Below, one piece after another: positions 1 through 10,218 of a DNA stretch of 64,000 bases. A program made the position numbers and the translations under genes. Source of the stretch: Gemmatimonadota bacterium. Its GTDB lineage: Bacteria; Gemmatimonadota; Gemmatimonadetes; JACCXV01. The DNA lies in NCBI GenBank assembly GCA_036556205.1, contig DATBJW010000015.1:9674-73673 (forward strand). The letters are read 5' to 3'. The notes beneath the pieces are model-generated. The model had not been told where the DNA came from and did not search any database. It was given only the letters and a program-made list of their open reading frames with translations. Every line of letters begins with the position of its first letter. The first letter of the stretch is position 1.

Positions 1-816
1 CGCCCCGCGACAGACGAGCGTGGCGGCTCCCGCGTACCGGCGCGAGCCCGCGACGACCGCGAGGACGCCGTTCGAGCGCTTGTGCGCGCGGCGGCCGGGC
101 AGTGGCAGCAGGGCCTCGGCCTCGACGGGGTCGAGCGCGCGGGCGGAGTCCGGACGCCGCGCCGCCTCATCGAGGGCGACCGGGTCGAGTCCGATCTGGC
201 GCACGACGAGCTCTCCCGCGAGATCGGGGCCCTCGTTCAGCGCGTGGCCCAGCTTGGCGGCGCCGAAGGTCACCGTGAGAGTGGCGCGGGGCACGGGTCC
301 CAGAGCGTGCCCCGTGCGCAGGTCGAGCCCCGAGGGCGCGTCCACCGCCACGATCGGACCCTCGAAGGCCGCCGCCACCTCGAGCAGGTCGCGCAACGGG
401 CCGCGGACCTCGCCCCGTGTGCCGGTCCCGAGCAGCGCGTCGATGAGGAGATCCGAGCGCTCGAGCTCCGCGCGCAGCGACTCCGGGCCGCAGAGACTGA
501 CCGTCGCCCCGCCCGACTCGAGGTAGGCGAGCGCCGCCGCGCGCGCGTCACCGGCCAGCCGCCCGAGGTCGCCCGCCAGGCAGGCGATCACCGCGCCGAA
601 GCGGCCGCGCAGCTCGCGCGCGGCGACGAAGCCGTCGCCTCCGTTGTTCCCGGCGCCGCAGAGCACGACGACCCGCCACTCGGGCCGCGGCCACGCGCGC
701 CACGTCTCCTCGGCCACCGCACTTCCGGCGGAGTGCATGAGGACCGCTCCCGGCGTGCCGCCCTGGATCGTGCGCCGATCCACTTCCTGCATGCTCTCGG
801 GCGTCAGGAAGAGCAC
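1..816 (-). CDS. nnr: NAD(P)H-hydrate repair enzyme Nnr/YjeF, N-terminal part (C-terminus beyond left edge)
   Basis: Not in ORF track because there is no stop in the window. Manual reverse translation of 600-816 reads VLFLTPESMQEVDRRTIQGGTPGAVLMHSAGSAVAEETWRAWPRPEWRVVVLCGAGNNGGDGFVAARELRG. This contains the YjeF_N epimerase motif CGxGNNGGDG. A GTG at 816 overlaps the rsmE stop by 13 nt. Confidence 0.75.
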   Translation of the reverse strand, partial: MLFLTPESMQEVDRRTIQGGTPGAVLMHSAGSAVAEETWRAWPRPEWRVVVLCGAGNNGGDGFVAARELRGRFGAVIACLAGDLGRLAGDARAAALAYLESGGATVSLCGPESLRAELERSDLLIDALLGTGTRGEVRGPLRDLLEVAAAFEGPIVAVDAPSGLDLRTGHALGPVPRATLTVTFGAAKLGHALNEGPDLAGELVVRQIGLDPVALDEAARRPDSARALDPVEAEALLPLPGRRAHKRSNGVLAVVAGSRRYAGAATLVCRGA

Positions 817-1625
817 GGAGCCTCCCCGGCGGCGACGGCGAGCGCCGCGCGAACGTGGCAGGTCGCGACCACGGCCGCGGTCTCGAACCGCAGACGCCGC
901 TCCCCGAGATGCGCCGGCACGAACCCGGCGTCGGCGAGGGCGGCCTCCTCGTCGGGCAGGAACCCTCCCTCCGGACCCACGGCCAGCCGGTACGCTTCGT
1001 CGGGTCGCTCGGCCACGAGCGCCGCCAGCGCCCGCACGCCGGGCGCCGGAAACGCGAGGAGCAGCGAGCGCCCCTCGAACGGCCGGCGCGCCCACGCCCG
1101 CACGTCCTCGGGATCGGAGACCGCGGGCAGGTGCAAGCCTCGCGACTGCTTGAGCGCGGACACCGCCCGGGCGCGCACTCGGGCGGCGTAGCGCGCCCCG
1201 CCTTCGAGCGCCAGCGCCGAGCGCCGCTGGACCGTCGCCGTGAGGAGCGGCGACACGCGCGCGACCTCGAGCTCGGTGAGCTTCTCCACGCACCAGAGGA
1301 AGCGCTCGCGGCGGCCGGCTCCCACACCGACCTCGAGCCGGGGTCGCGGGGGAGGCGCGACGGCCTTCTCGAGCACCTCGGCCAGGCAGCGCCTGTCGGC
1401 GGGGACGAGACGCAGGCGGTAGCGTCCTCCCAGCCCGTCGGTGGCGGAAACGATCACGCCCGGCGGGAGCCGCAGGGCCCGCAGGGCGTGGCGCGCCTCT
1501 TCGGCCGAGAGCTCGACGGTCTCTCCAACCGCGGCCGGCGCGCTCAAGAGGAAGAACGTGGGCGCCTCGGCGTCCCGATCCTCGCGCGAGCGCCGGAGGC
1601 GGTTCGCGGGCGCCGGTCGCGACAT
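804..1625 (-). CDS. rsmE: 16S rRNA (uracil1498-N3)-methyltransferase RsmE
   Basis: 273-aa ORF. The C-terminal LAVGPEGGFLPDEE matches the GPEGG knot motif of the RsmE/DUF558 family. Lies directly after prmA, which is conserved synteny. Confidence 0.85.
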   Translation of the reverse strand: MSRPAPANRLRRSREDRDAEAPTFFLLSAPAAVGETVELSAEEARHALRALRLPPGVIVSATDGLGGRYRLRLVPADRRCLAEVLEKAVAPPPRPRLEVGVGAGRRERFLWCVEKLTELEVARVSPLLTATVQRRSALALEGGARYAARVRARAVSALKQSRGLHLPAVSDPEDVRAWARRPFEGRSLLLAFPAPGVRALAALVAERPDEAYRLAVGPEGGFLPDEEAALADAGFVPAHLGERRLRFETAAVVATCHVRAALAVAAGEAPCSS

Positions 1626-2570
1626 CTAGGCGCGCCTCGCCCGCGGTCGAGACGGGTCCGGTTCGAAGAGCGCGCTCCACCAGCCGGAGTCCGACGCGCG
1701 GCGACGCACGCGCAGCCCGTGCCGCGCCGCGGCCTCGACCAGCGCGAGCCGCTGCCCGACCGTGACGCCGGAGGCCACGAGACGCCCGGCGGGTGCGAGC
1801 GCCTGTCCGAGCTCGGGGAGAAGGGGAAGCAGGATCGGAGCCTCCAGGTTGGCCAGCACCACGTCGAACTCACGTCCCGGCGCCAACGCCGAAGGCGCCC
1901 CCGCCACCAGCGCCAGGCGTCCGGAACACGAGTTCAGCGACCGGTTCTCCGCTGCGTTGGCGAGCGCGTGCAGGTCCACGTCCAGGGCCGTCACCCGCGA
2001 CGCCCCCAGAGCGAGCGAGGCGATGGCCAGAATCCCGCTCCCCGTCCCGACGTCGAGAACCCGCGCCCCGCGCAGCGAAGCCGCCGCGGTCGCTCCACGA
2101 GCGCCGGCCGGCTCGCGAGCCCCGCCGTCTCCGGCCGGCGCGGCGCTTGTCAGGAGGCGCAGGGCGACCCGGGTCGTGGGATGGAGGCCGGTCCCGAACG
2201 CGCGTCCGGGATTGATGCGGATCGTGAGACGATCTTTCGGAGCCGCGACCCACGGCGGCCCGATCCAGAAGGGGCCCACCCGCGTTCCCCGGAAGGAGCC
2301 CCGGGCCCGGGTTCCCCAGTCGCGCTCGGGCTCCTCGAAGGCGCGCGGGGCAGCATCCGGCGCCCCTCCCAGACACAGCCACCGGGTGTGAAGGTCGCGC
2401 GCCGTTTCCCGCGGCGCCGTCGGCGGGATGTAAAGTCGATAGATGACCCCCTCGCCGGCCTCGCGCTGCTCGACCCCGGGGCTTCCCACTTCAGCGGCGA
2501 GGCGAGCCACCAGCTCCTCGTCCTCCGGGCGGCCCGCGATCTCGACGCCGCGGAAGACGCGCTCATCCAT
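1626..2570 (-). CDS. prmA: Ribosomal protein L11 methyltransferase PrmA
   Basis: RINPGRAFGTGLHPTTRVALRLL plus SAM motif I VLDVGTGSGILAIA. Follows dnaJ. Confidence 0.9.
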   Translation of the reverse strand: MDERVFRGVEIAGRPEDEELVARLAAEVGSPGVEQREAGEGVIYRLYIPPTAPRETARDLHTRWLCLGGAPDAAPRAFEEPERDWGTRARGSFRGTRVGPFWIGPPWVAAPKDRLTIRINPGRAFGTGLHPTTRVALRLLTSAAPAGDGGAREPAGARGATAAASLRGARVLDVGTGSGILAIASLALGASRVTALDVDLHALANAAENRSLNSCSGRLALVAGAPSALAPGREFDVVLANLEAPILLPLLPELGQALAPAGRLVASGVTVGQRLALVEAAARHGLRVRRRASDSGWWSALFEPDPSRPRARRA

Positions 2571-2594
2571 GCCTCGCCTCCCAGCCGCCGACGA

Positions 2595-3737
2595 TCAGGC
2601 GCTGAAGACCTCCTTCATCTTCTCCCAGAACGTGCCGCGCGCGGCGGGCGGCTTCAGGTTCTCGGAGCGCGACAGCTCGTCGAGCAGGCGCCGCTCCTCG
2701 GCGGAGAGCTTGGTCGGCGTCCACACGCGGACGTGCACGCGCAAGTCGCCCCGGCCTTTGGCCGACAGGCGCGGGATGCCGCGTCCCTTGAGGCTCAGGA
2801 CCTGGCCCGATTGGGTGCCGGCCGGCACGGCGAGCTCGGCGGGTCCCTCCAGAGTCGGAACCGTGATCGGGCCGCCCAGCGCGGCCGTGGTGAAGGGGAT
2901 CGTCTGCTCGAGCAGCACGTCGTCGTCGTCGCGTTGGAAGACCTCGTGGTCGAGCACCTCGACGACCACGATCACGTTTCCGTGCGGCCCGCCGTTGGCG
3001 CCCACGTTGCCCTGGCCTCGCAGCGTGAGGTAGTTCCCGGTCGCGACACCCGGCGGGATCTTGACCTTGACGCGCTTCTCCTTGCGCTGCCGGCCCTCCC
3101 CCGCGCAGGCCGGACACGGCTTCTCGACCGCGCGCCCGCTGCCTCCGCAGCGCGGGCACGTCGTCACGTTCACGAACTGGCCGAAGATCGAGCGCCGGGC
3201 CTGCCGGATCTCGCCCTCGCCGCCGCAGGTCGGGCAACGGATCCGCTCGCGCGTCTCCGAGCCCGTTCCCTCGCAGGCCGGGCAGGTCTCCAGGATGGCC
3301 AGGTTGAGCGTCTTCTCGGCGCCCGCGGCCACCTCCTCGAGCGAAAGGCGCACGCGGACCTGCACGTCGGAACCCCGCCGCGGCCCGGACGCCGCGCGGC
3401 GCGATTCGCCGCCACCGAAGAGCTCCTCGAACGCCCCCAGCCCGCCGAAGTCGCGCATGAACGCGCGCAGGGCGTCGGACAGGTCGAAGCCGTCGGCCCC
3501 GCCCGCGAAGCCGCCCCGCATCCCGGCGTGGCCGAAACGGTCGTAGGTGGAGCGCTTCTGAGGATCCCGCAGGACTTCGTAGGCCTCGGTCGCTTCCTTG
3601 AAGCTGGCTTCGGCCCGAGGGTCGCCGGGGTTACGGTCGGGATGGTGCTGCATCGCGAGGCGGCGGTACGCGCGCTTGATCTCTTCGGCGTCGGCCTCGC
3701 GCCCGACGCCGAGCACCTCGTAGTAGTCACGCGTCAC
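2595..3737 (-). CDS. dnaJ: Molecular chaperone DnaJ
   Basis: J domain (YYEVLGV...HPDRNPGD), a G/F-rich stretch, and four CxxCxGxG repeats (CPACEGTG, CPTCGGEG, CPRCGGSG, CPACAGEG). Confidence 0.97.
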   Translation of the reverse strand: MTRDYYEVLGVGREADAEEIKRAYRRLAMQHHPDRNPGDPRAEASFKEATEAYEVLRDPQKRSTYDRFGHAGMRGGFAGGADGFDLSDALRAFMRDFGGLGAFEELFGGGESRRAASGPRRGSDVQVRVRLSLEEVAAGAEKTLNLAILETCPACEGTGSETRERIRCPTCGGEGEIRQARRSIFGQFVNVTTCPRCGGSGRAVEKPCPACAGEGRQRKEKRVKVKIPPGVATGNYLTLRGQGNVGANGGPHGNVIVVVEVLDHEVFQRDDDDVLLEQTIPFTTAALGGPITVPTLEGPAELAVPAGTQSGQVLSLKGRGIPRLSAKGRGDLRVHVRVWTPTKLSAEERRLLDELSRSENLKPPAARGTFWEKMKEVFSA

Positions 3738-4813
3738 GCGCCACCGTCCTCCTCGAACACGTCGGAGATGAGGCGTGAGGTGTACTGCACGAGCGAGACG
3801 ATCTTCTCGTAGGGCATGCGGGTCGGACCCATCACGCCGATCGTCCCGCGCAGGGTCCCGATGTGGTAGTCGGCGGTGATCAGGCTGAACTCGGCCAGCG
3901 AGGGGAGCATGTTCTCGACTCCGATCGTGATCTTGAGGCCGGGCTCCCGCGAGGCCAGGGTCTCGGCCAGCCGGCTCCGCTCCTCGGTGAGGGTCAGGAG
4001 CGAGCGCAGACCCGTGTCGGAGGAGAACTCGGGCTGGGCGGCGAGCCCCGAGGTCGTTCCCAGCACGACCTGGTCGGCCTGAGAATCGGCCGCAAACAGG
4101 CGCTCAGCGGACTGCACGAAGATGTTGAGCAGCTCCACCTGCCCCGCCGGCGGGTCACCCACCCGGCGCGCGAACGTCGTGCGCAGCTCGCGCACCGTCA
4201 GCCCGGCCAGGCGATCGTTGAGCAGCGCCGTGACGTCCTGGAGTTGCTCGCCCGACACCTCGCTCGGGACGTCCACGAAGATCGTCTTCACCTGCGCGGA
4301 GTGCATGGTGAGGACCAGCAGCAGGCGGTCGGCCGCGACCGGGATCAGGTTGAGCCGCTCGAGCCGCGACTCCTCGAAGCTGGGGGCGAGAGCCACGCCC
4401 AGCTCCTGCGTCACGACGGAGAGGGCCTGCACGGCCCGCCCGATCACCCGCTCCCCGCGGCTGGCGGTCCCCTCGAGCCGCTCCTTGAGGAGCCGCATCT
4501 CCTCGCGCGAGAGAGCCTGCGCCCGCATGAGCCGGTCCACGTAGACCCGGTAGGCCCGGTCCGTGGGGATGCGCCCCGCGGACGTGTGCGGATGAAAGAG
4601 GAGTCCTTTCTCTTCCAGGTCTCGCATGACGTTGCGCAGGGTTGCCGGAGAGAGCCCGAAGTCGAACATGCGGGCGAGCGTGCGGCTCCCCGTCGGCTCG
4701 GCCGTCATCACGTAGAGACTGATGATGGCCTGTAGCACGAGAGCTTCGCGCTCGGTCAGGTGCGTCTCCGCCGGGGGCGCGGAGGAGCGGAGATTGGGGA
4801 GGCCCGGGTTCAT
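3734..4813 (-). CDS. hrcA: Heat-inducible transcription repressor HrcA
   Basis: N-terminal winged helix LTEREALVLQAIISLYVMTAEPTGSRTLA...LSPATLRNVMRDLEEKGLLFHPHTSAGRIPTDRAYRVYVD. 4-nt overlap with dnaJ. Confidence 0.93.
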   Translation of the reverse strand: MNPGLPNLRSSAPPAETHLTEREALVLQAIISLYVMTAEPTGSRTLARMFDFGLSPATLRNVMRDLEEKGLLFHPHTSAGRIPTDRAYRVYVDRLMRAQALSREEMRLLKERLEGTASRGERVIGRAVQALSVVTQELGVALAPSFEESRLERLNLIPVAADRLLLVLTMHSAQVKTIFVDVPSEVSGEQLQDVTALLNDRLAGLTVRELRTTFARRVGDPPAGQVELLNIFVQSAERLFAADSQADQVVLGTTSGLAAQPEFSSDTGLRSLLTLTEERSRLAETLASREPGLKITIGVENMLPSLAEFSLITADYHIGTLRGTIGVMGPTRMPYEKIVSLVQYTSRLISDVFEEDGGA

Positions 4814-4819
4814 AGCTTC

Positions 4820-4848
4820 ATTCTAATGCCAGGCGGCGGTCAGGTCAA
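4820..4848 (-). promoter_or_regulatory. Sigma-70-type promoter of hrcA operon (-35 TTGACC, 17-nt spacer, -10 TAGAAT), probably giving a leaderless mRNA
   Basis: Minus strand reads TTGACC-tgaccgccgcctggcat-TAGAAT-gaagct-ATG(hrcA). The -10 ends 6 nt before the start codon, and no Shine-Dalgarno sequence is possible. Confidence 0.5.
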
Positions 4849-4944
4849 TCCGCCAAGCCACTGATAGGATTCAACTTACATTCCGCCAAGAGGACAGACG
4901 GCTGATACCGCCGGGTGGGCGAAAAGGCGATCGAGGGGGAAGCT

Positions 4945-6087
4945 TCAGGAGGCGATCGTCAGGAGCCGCGTCACGACCTCGTCCAGGACCAGGTGGCCGC
5001 GGTCCGTGAGGACGACCCGCCCTCCCCCCTCGCGCGCGAGTCCGGCCCGGAGGAGCTCCTGCCGGAAGGCGAGCACACGGGTCGGCTCCCCGCGGAGCCT
5101 CTCGAGCTCGAGCCCGCGCCGCGAGCGAAGGCCCAGGTAGACGGCCTCGGCGTAGAGCGAGTCGGGGTCCTGGCACTCGTCGAGCTCGCGCGCGAGACGC
5201 CCGGACTCGACACCCGCCAACCAGCGCTCGAGCGACGCCGCGTTGGCCCAGCGGCGCCCTTCCCAGAAGGAATGGGCCGCCGGTCCCAGTCCCAGGTAGT
5301 CGGCTCCGCTCCAGTAGCGCCCGTTGTGCGCGGATTCGCGTCCGGGCAGCGCGAAGCTCGAGGTCTCGTAGTGCTCGTAGCCCGCGGCTTCGAGCCTGCT
5401 CGCGGCCCACAGGTACTCCTCGGCGTAGGCCTCGGGTGCCAGCAGCGCGAGCTCGCCGCGCGCCGCGCGCTTGCCGAACGCGGTGCGGGGCTCGAGCGTG
5501 AGGCCGTAGAGCGAAAGGTGTTCGGGCGCGAGCGCCAGCGCCGCCTCGACGTCGGCGCGCCAGCCCGACGCCGCCAGCTCGGGGGGAAGGTTGAAGATCA
5601 GGTCGAGGCTCACGTTGTCGAAGCCCGCCGCGCGCGCGTCGGAGACCGCGTTTCGGTTCTGCTCGGGCGTGTGCCAGCGCCCGAGGAAGGAGAGGCGCTC
5701 GGGCTGGAACGACTGGCAGCCCAGGCTCAGCCGGTTGGCCCCCGCCGCACGCAGGGCGCGGAGCGTCTCGGCCGTGAGCTCGCCGGGATTGGCCTCGACC
5801 GTGAACTCCGCTCCCGGCCTGACGTGAAAGACGTCGGCCAGTCCCTCGGCCAGGCTGGCCACCGAGTCGGCGCCGAGCAGCGACGGCGTCCCCCCGCCCC
5901 AGTAGACGGTCTCGACGTCCCGGTCCGCTGAAGCCAGCTCCTCGCGAAGGAGCGTCGCCTCGCGCGGCACCGCGCGGGTGAAGGCCAGCTCGCGGCCCTC
6001 GCCGTGCCGCACCTGATAGAAGTTGCAGTAGGGGCACGTGCGCGTGCAGAAAGGCACGTGAACGTAGAGTGAGAAGCTGCGGGGCAT
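4945..6087 (-). CDS. hemW: Radical SAM heme chaperone HemW (HemN-like, coproporphyrinogen-III oxidase family)
   Basis: N-terminal LYVHVPFCTRTCPYCNF carries the CxxxCxxC radical SAM cluster motif. 380 aa. Positioned upstream of hrcA as in Firmicutes. Confidence 0.9.
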   Translation of the reverse strand: MPRSFSLYVHVPFCTRTCPYCNFYQVRHGEGRELAFTRAVPREATLLREELASADRDVETVYWGGGTPSLLGADSVASLAEGLADVFHVRPGAEFTVEANPGELTAETLRALRAAGANRLSLGCQSFQPERLSFLGRWHTPEQNRNAVSDARAAGFDNVSLDLIFNLPPELAASGWRADVEAALALAPEHLSLYGLTLEPRTAFGKRAARGELALLAPEAYAEEYLWAASRLEAAGYEHYETSSFALPGRESAHNGRYWSGADYLGLGPAAHSFWEGRRWANAASLERWLAGVESGRLARELDECQDPDSLYAEAVYLGLRSRRGLELERLRGEPTRVLAFRQELLRAGLAREGGGRVVLTDRGHLVLDEVVTRLLTIAS

Positions 6088-6156
6088 CGAATCCGGGGCT
6101 GTGAGAACGTGCTCGGCGCGCGCGCCGCCGGAAGCCGGCGCGGCGCTCTGCGGCGC

Positions 6157-6528
6157 TCAGCAGGTCGAGTGGAACAAGCCGCCCACCGGCTCGGAAGCCG
6201 CGAGCCGGTTGTAAAGCGCCACCGCCGAGCGCGTCTCGGCGATGTGGACCGGTATGCCGAGCTCCTCGAGCAGGCTCAGCGTCTCGGGGCAGACGCCGAG
6301 TGCCGTCTGCATGCCGCGCGCGAGCACGATCACCCGACTTCCCTTCTCGAGCAGCTCGCGCACGTCGGAGGGCTGGATGCCGGGCACGTGCCGCGTGCCC
6401 GTCTCGCCCCAGTCCCAGGCGTGCCCGCCACCCGGGTAGAGCTTGAAGTCCTTCCCGGCGCCCACGTCCTCGACCTCCATGCGTCCCCAGGAGACGTGCG
6501 TGATTCGAGGCGAGCGGTCGCGCTGCAT
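6157..6528 (-). CDS. Mth938-like (DUF498) domain protein
   Basis: Trimmed from track ORF 6157..7140 to the internal Met, giving 123 aa. The C-terminus GIPVHIAETRSAVALYNRLAASEPVGGLFHSTC resembles the Mth938 family ending (T..A...YN.L......V....H.T). The upstream part of the track ORF is Arg/Ser-rich junk antisense to dprA. Confidence 0.6.
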   Translation of the reverse strand: MQRDRSPRITHVSWGRMEVEDVGAGKDFKLYPGGGHAWDWGETGTRHVPGIQPSDVRELLEKGSRVIVLARGMQTALGVCPETLSLLEELGIPVHIAETRSAVALYNRLAASEPVGGLFHSTC

Positions 6529-6571
6529 CGCGTTCACCTCCAGGCGTGAGCCGGCGCCGGACCCCGGCCGC

Positions 6572-8911
<2,340 letters not shown>

Positions 8912-8970
8912 GACGGGAGTTCTTGCTCGCGCTCGCGGGCGGCGGCGCCGATCTTCCCGCTGGAGAGCCA

Positions 8971-9699
8971 GTGACAATCCGCACGCGTCACCCGCGAAAC
9001 CGCACAACGCTCAGCGACCGTCCGCGACGGCGCGCGAGAGCGCGGTCGTTCCTGACGACGCTCCTGATATCGGCGGCGGCTGGTCAGGGCGCTTGCGCGC
9101 AGGCAAGGAGCGACCGGCCGCCGGCGGGTGGCGCCGGGCCTCCGCAGGCCTCGCGCGCGGACCTGGTCGACGCGCTCGCGCTGGACTCGACCTTCGTGCT
9201 CGACGTCCGGTACGCGACGCCGCGCAACTTCACGGGCCGCACGCTCTACCCGGTGGCGCGCTGCCTGCTGCGGGCGGACACCGCCGAGCGGCTCGTGCGC
9301 GTCCACGAACGTCTCCGCCGGGAGGGCCTGCGCCTGCGACTCTTCGACTGCTACCGGCCGCTCTCGATCCAGAGGGAGCTCTGGGCGCTCGTGCCCGACG
9401 AGCGCTACGTGGCCGATCCCGCCAAGGGCTCACGCCACAATCGTGCCGCTGCGGTGGATCTGACCCTGGCGGATTCCACGGGCGCGGCATTGCCCATGCC
9501 GAGCGAATATGACGAGTTCACCGAGCGGGCGCACCGCGACTACCTGGGCGGCACCGCCGACGAGCTCGGGAATCGCGCGCGCCTCGAGCGGGCGATGGCG
9601 GCGGAGGGGTTCGTGGGGCTGCCCACCGAGTGGTGGCACTTCGACGCCCCGGGCTGGGAGAGCTACCCCGTGCTCGACGTGCCGCTGGCCGCGAGGTGA
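8971..9699 (+). CDS. D-alanyl-D-alanine dipeptidase (VanX/DdpX, peptidase M15D), probably exported
   Basis: LDVRYATPRNFTG, CYRP, GSRHNRAAAVDLTL (S-x-H...D zinc site) and TEWWHFD. Start placed at the in-frame GTG 8971, which gives a basic n-region and hydrophobic segment FLTTLLISAAAGQGAC. The track start is 8923. Confidence 0.85.
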   Translation: MTIRTRHPRNRTTLSDRPRRRARARSFLTTLLISAAAGQGACAQARSDRPPAGGAGPPQASRADLVDALALDSTFVLDVRYATPRNFTGRTLYPVARCLLRADTAERLVRVHERLRREGLRLRLFDCYRPLSIQRELWALVPDERYVADPAKGSRHNRAAAVDLTLADSTGAALPMPSEYDEFTERAHRDYLGGTADELGNRARLERAMAAEGFVGLPTEWWHFDAPGWESYPVLDVPLAAR

Positions 9700-9703
9700 A
9701 CGC

Positions 9704-9723
9704 CTTGACGTTATAGCGTCAAG
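9704..9723. promoter_or_regulatory. Palindromic operator/promoter of the TA operon (CTTGACG-ttatag-CGTCAAG)
   Basis: Perfect 7-bp inverted repeat. It contains a TTGACG -35-like hexamer and ends 5-11 nt upstream of the antitoxin start. Confidence 0.5.
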
Positions 9724-9728
9724 TTGGG

Positions 9729-9968
9729 GTGATCATGCCACAGGAACCCCGCAGAGCCACGATCTACTTCGATCCCGAGGTTCACCGTACGCTGCGGCTC
9801 AAGTCCGTTGCCATGGACCGCTCCGTATCGGACCTGGTCAATGAAGCCGTGAAGCGGTCCCTGTCCGAGGATGCGGAGGACCTGACGGCATTCGAGGAAC
9901 GGGCCAGGGAGGCGAGTCTTGCGTTCGACGAGGTCGTCAAGGCCCTGAGGAGGCGTGGCAAGCTATAA
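9729..9968 (+). CDS. Type II antitoxin, ribbon-helix-helix (CopG/RelB/ParD-like)
   Basis: 79 aa. RATIYFDPEVHRTLRLKSVAMDRSVSDLVNEAV is a typical RHH strand-helix-helix, followed by an acidic C-terminal tail. Overlaps the toxin gene by 14 nt. The start could be ATG 9735. Confidence 0.8.
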   Translation: MIMPQEPRRATIYFDPEVHRTLRLKSVAMDRSVSDLVNEAVKRSLSEDAEDLTAFEERAREASLAFDEVVKALRRRGKL

Positions 9969-10218
9969 GCTCCTGATCAAGCCTTCGGCGGTGAAGGAGC
10001 TCGAGGCCGTCACGCGCAAGAAGGATCGTCAGCGTCTCGTCTCGCGCATCCAGGCGCTTTCCCACCACCCTCGTCCTGCCGGATGCGAGAAGCTCGCCGG
10101 TTCCGCCCCCCCATATCGCTTCCGCCAGGGACGCCATCGGATCGTCTACGCGATCGACGACGGCGGATCGATCGTGGAAGTGATCAAGATCGGCCACAGG
10201 AGAAACGTCTACCGCTGA
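9955..10218 (+). CDS. Type II toxin, RelE/ParE superfamily
   Basis: 87 aa. YKLLIKPSAVKELEAV...YRFRQGRHRIVYAIDDGGSIVEVIKIGHRRNVY is the canonical RelE/ParE C-terminal pattern (YR.R.G.YR..Y.I......V..I.HR...Y). Confidence 0.85.
   Translation: MASYKLLIKPSAVKELEAVTRKKDRQRLVSRIQALSHHPRPAGCEKLAGSAPPYRFRQGRHRIVYAIDDGGSIVEVIKIGHRRNVYR

Noticed and set aside
1655-1675. ggttcgaa string resembling a tRNA T-arm.
   Set aside because: It lies inside the prmA coding frame, with no flanking acceptor or anticodon stem complementarity. I could support no tRNA or rRNA anywhere in the window.
855-3812. 985-aa plus-strand ORF spanning rsmE, prmA and dnaJ. Similar giant ORFs include 13007..14602(-), 28948..30789(+), 42889..45618(+), 45658..47385(+), 60790..62952(+) and 15472..16674(-).
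   Set aside because: These are antisense or alternative frames of genes with clear family motifs. The translations are Arg/Ala/Gly/Pro-rich low-complexity sequence with no recognisable domains, which is the typical stop-codon-poor artefact of about 70% GC DNA.
4814-4944. Expected CIRCE operator upstream of hrcA.
   Set aside because: No TTAGCACTC-N9-GAGTGCTAA-like inverted repeat is readable on either strand. Its absence is reported as a finding instead.
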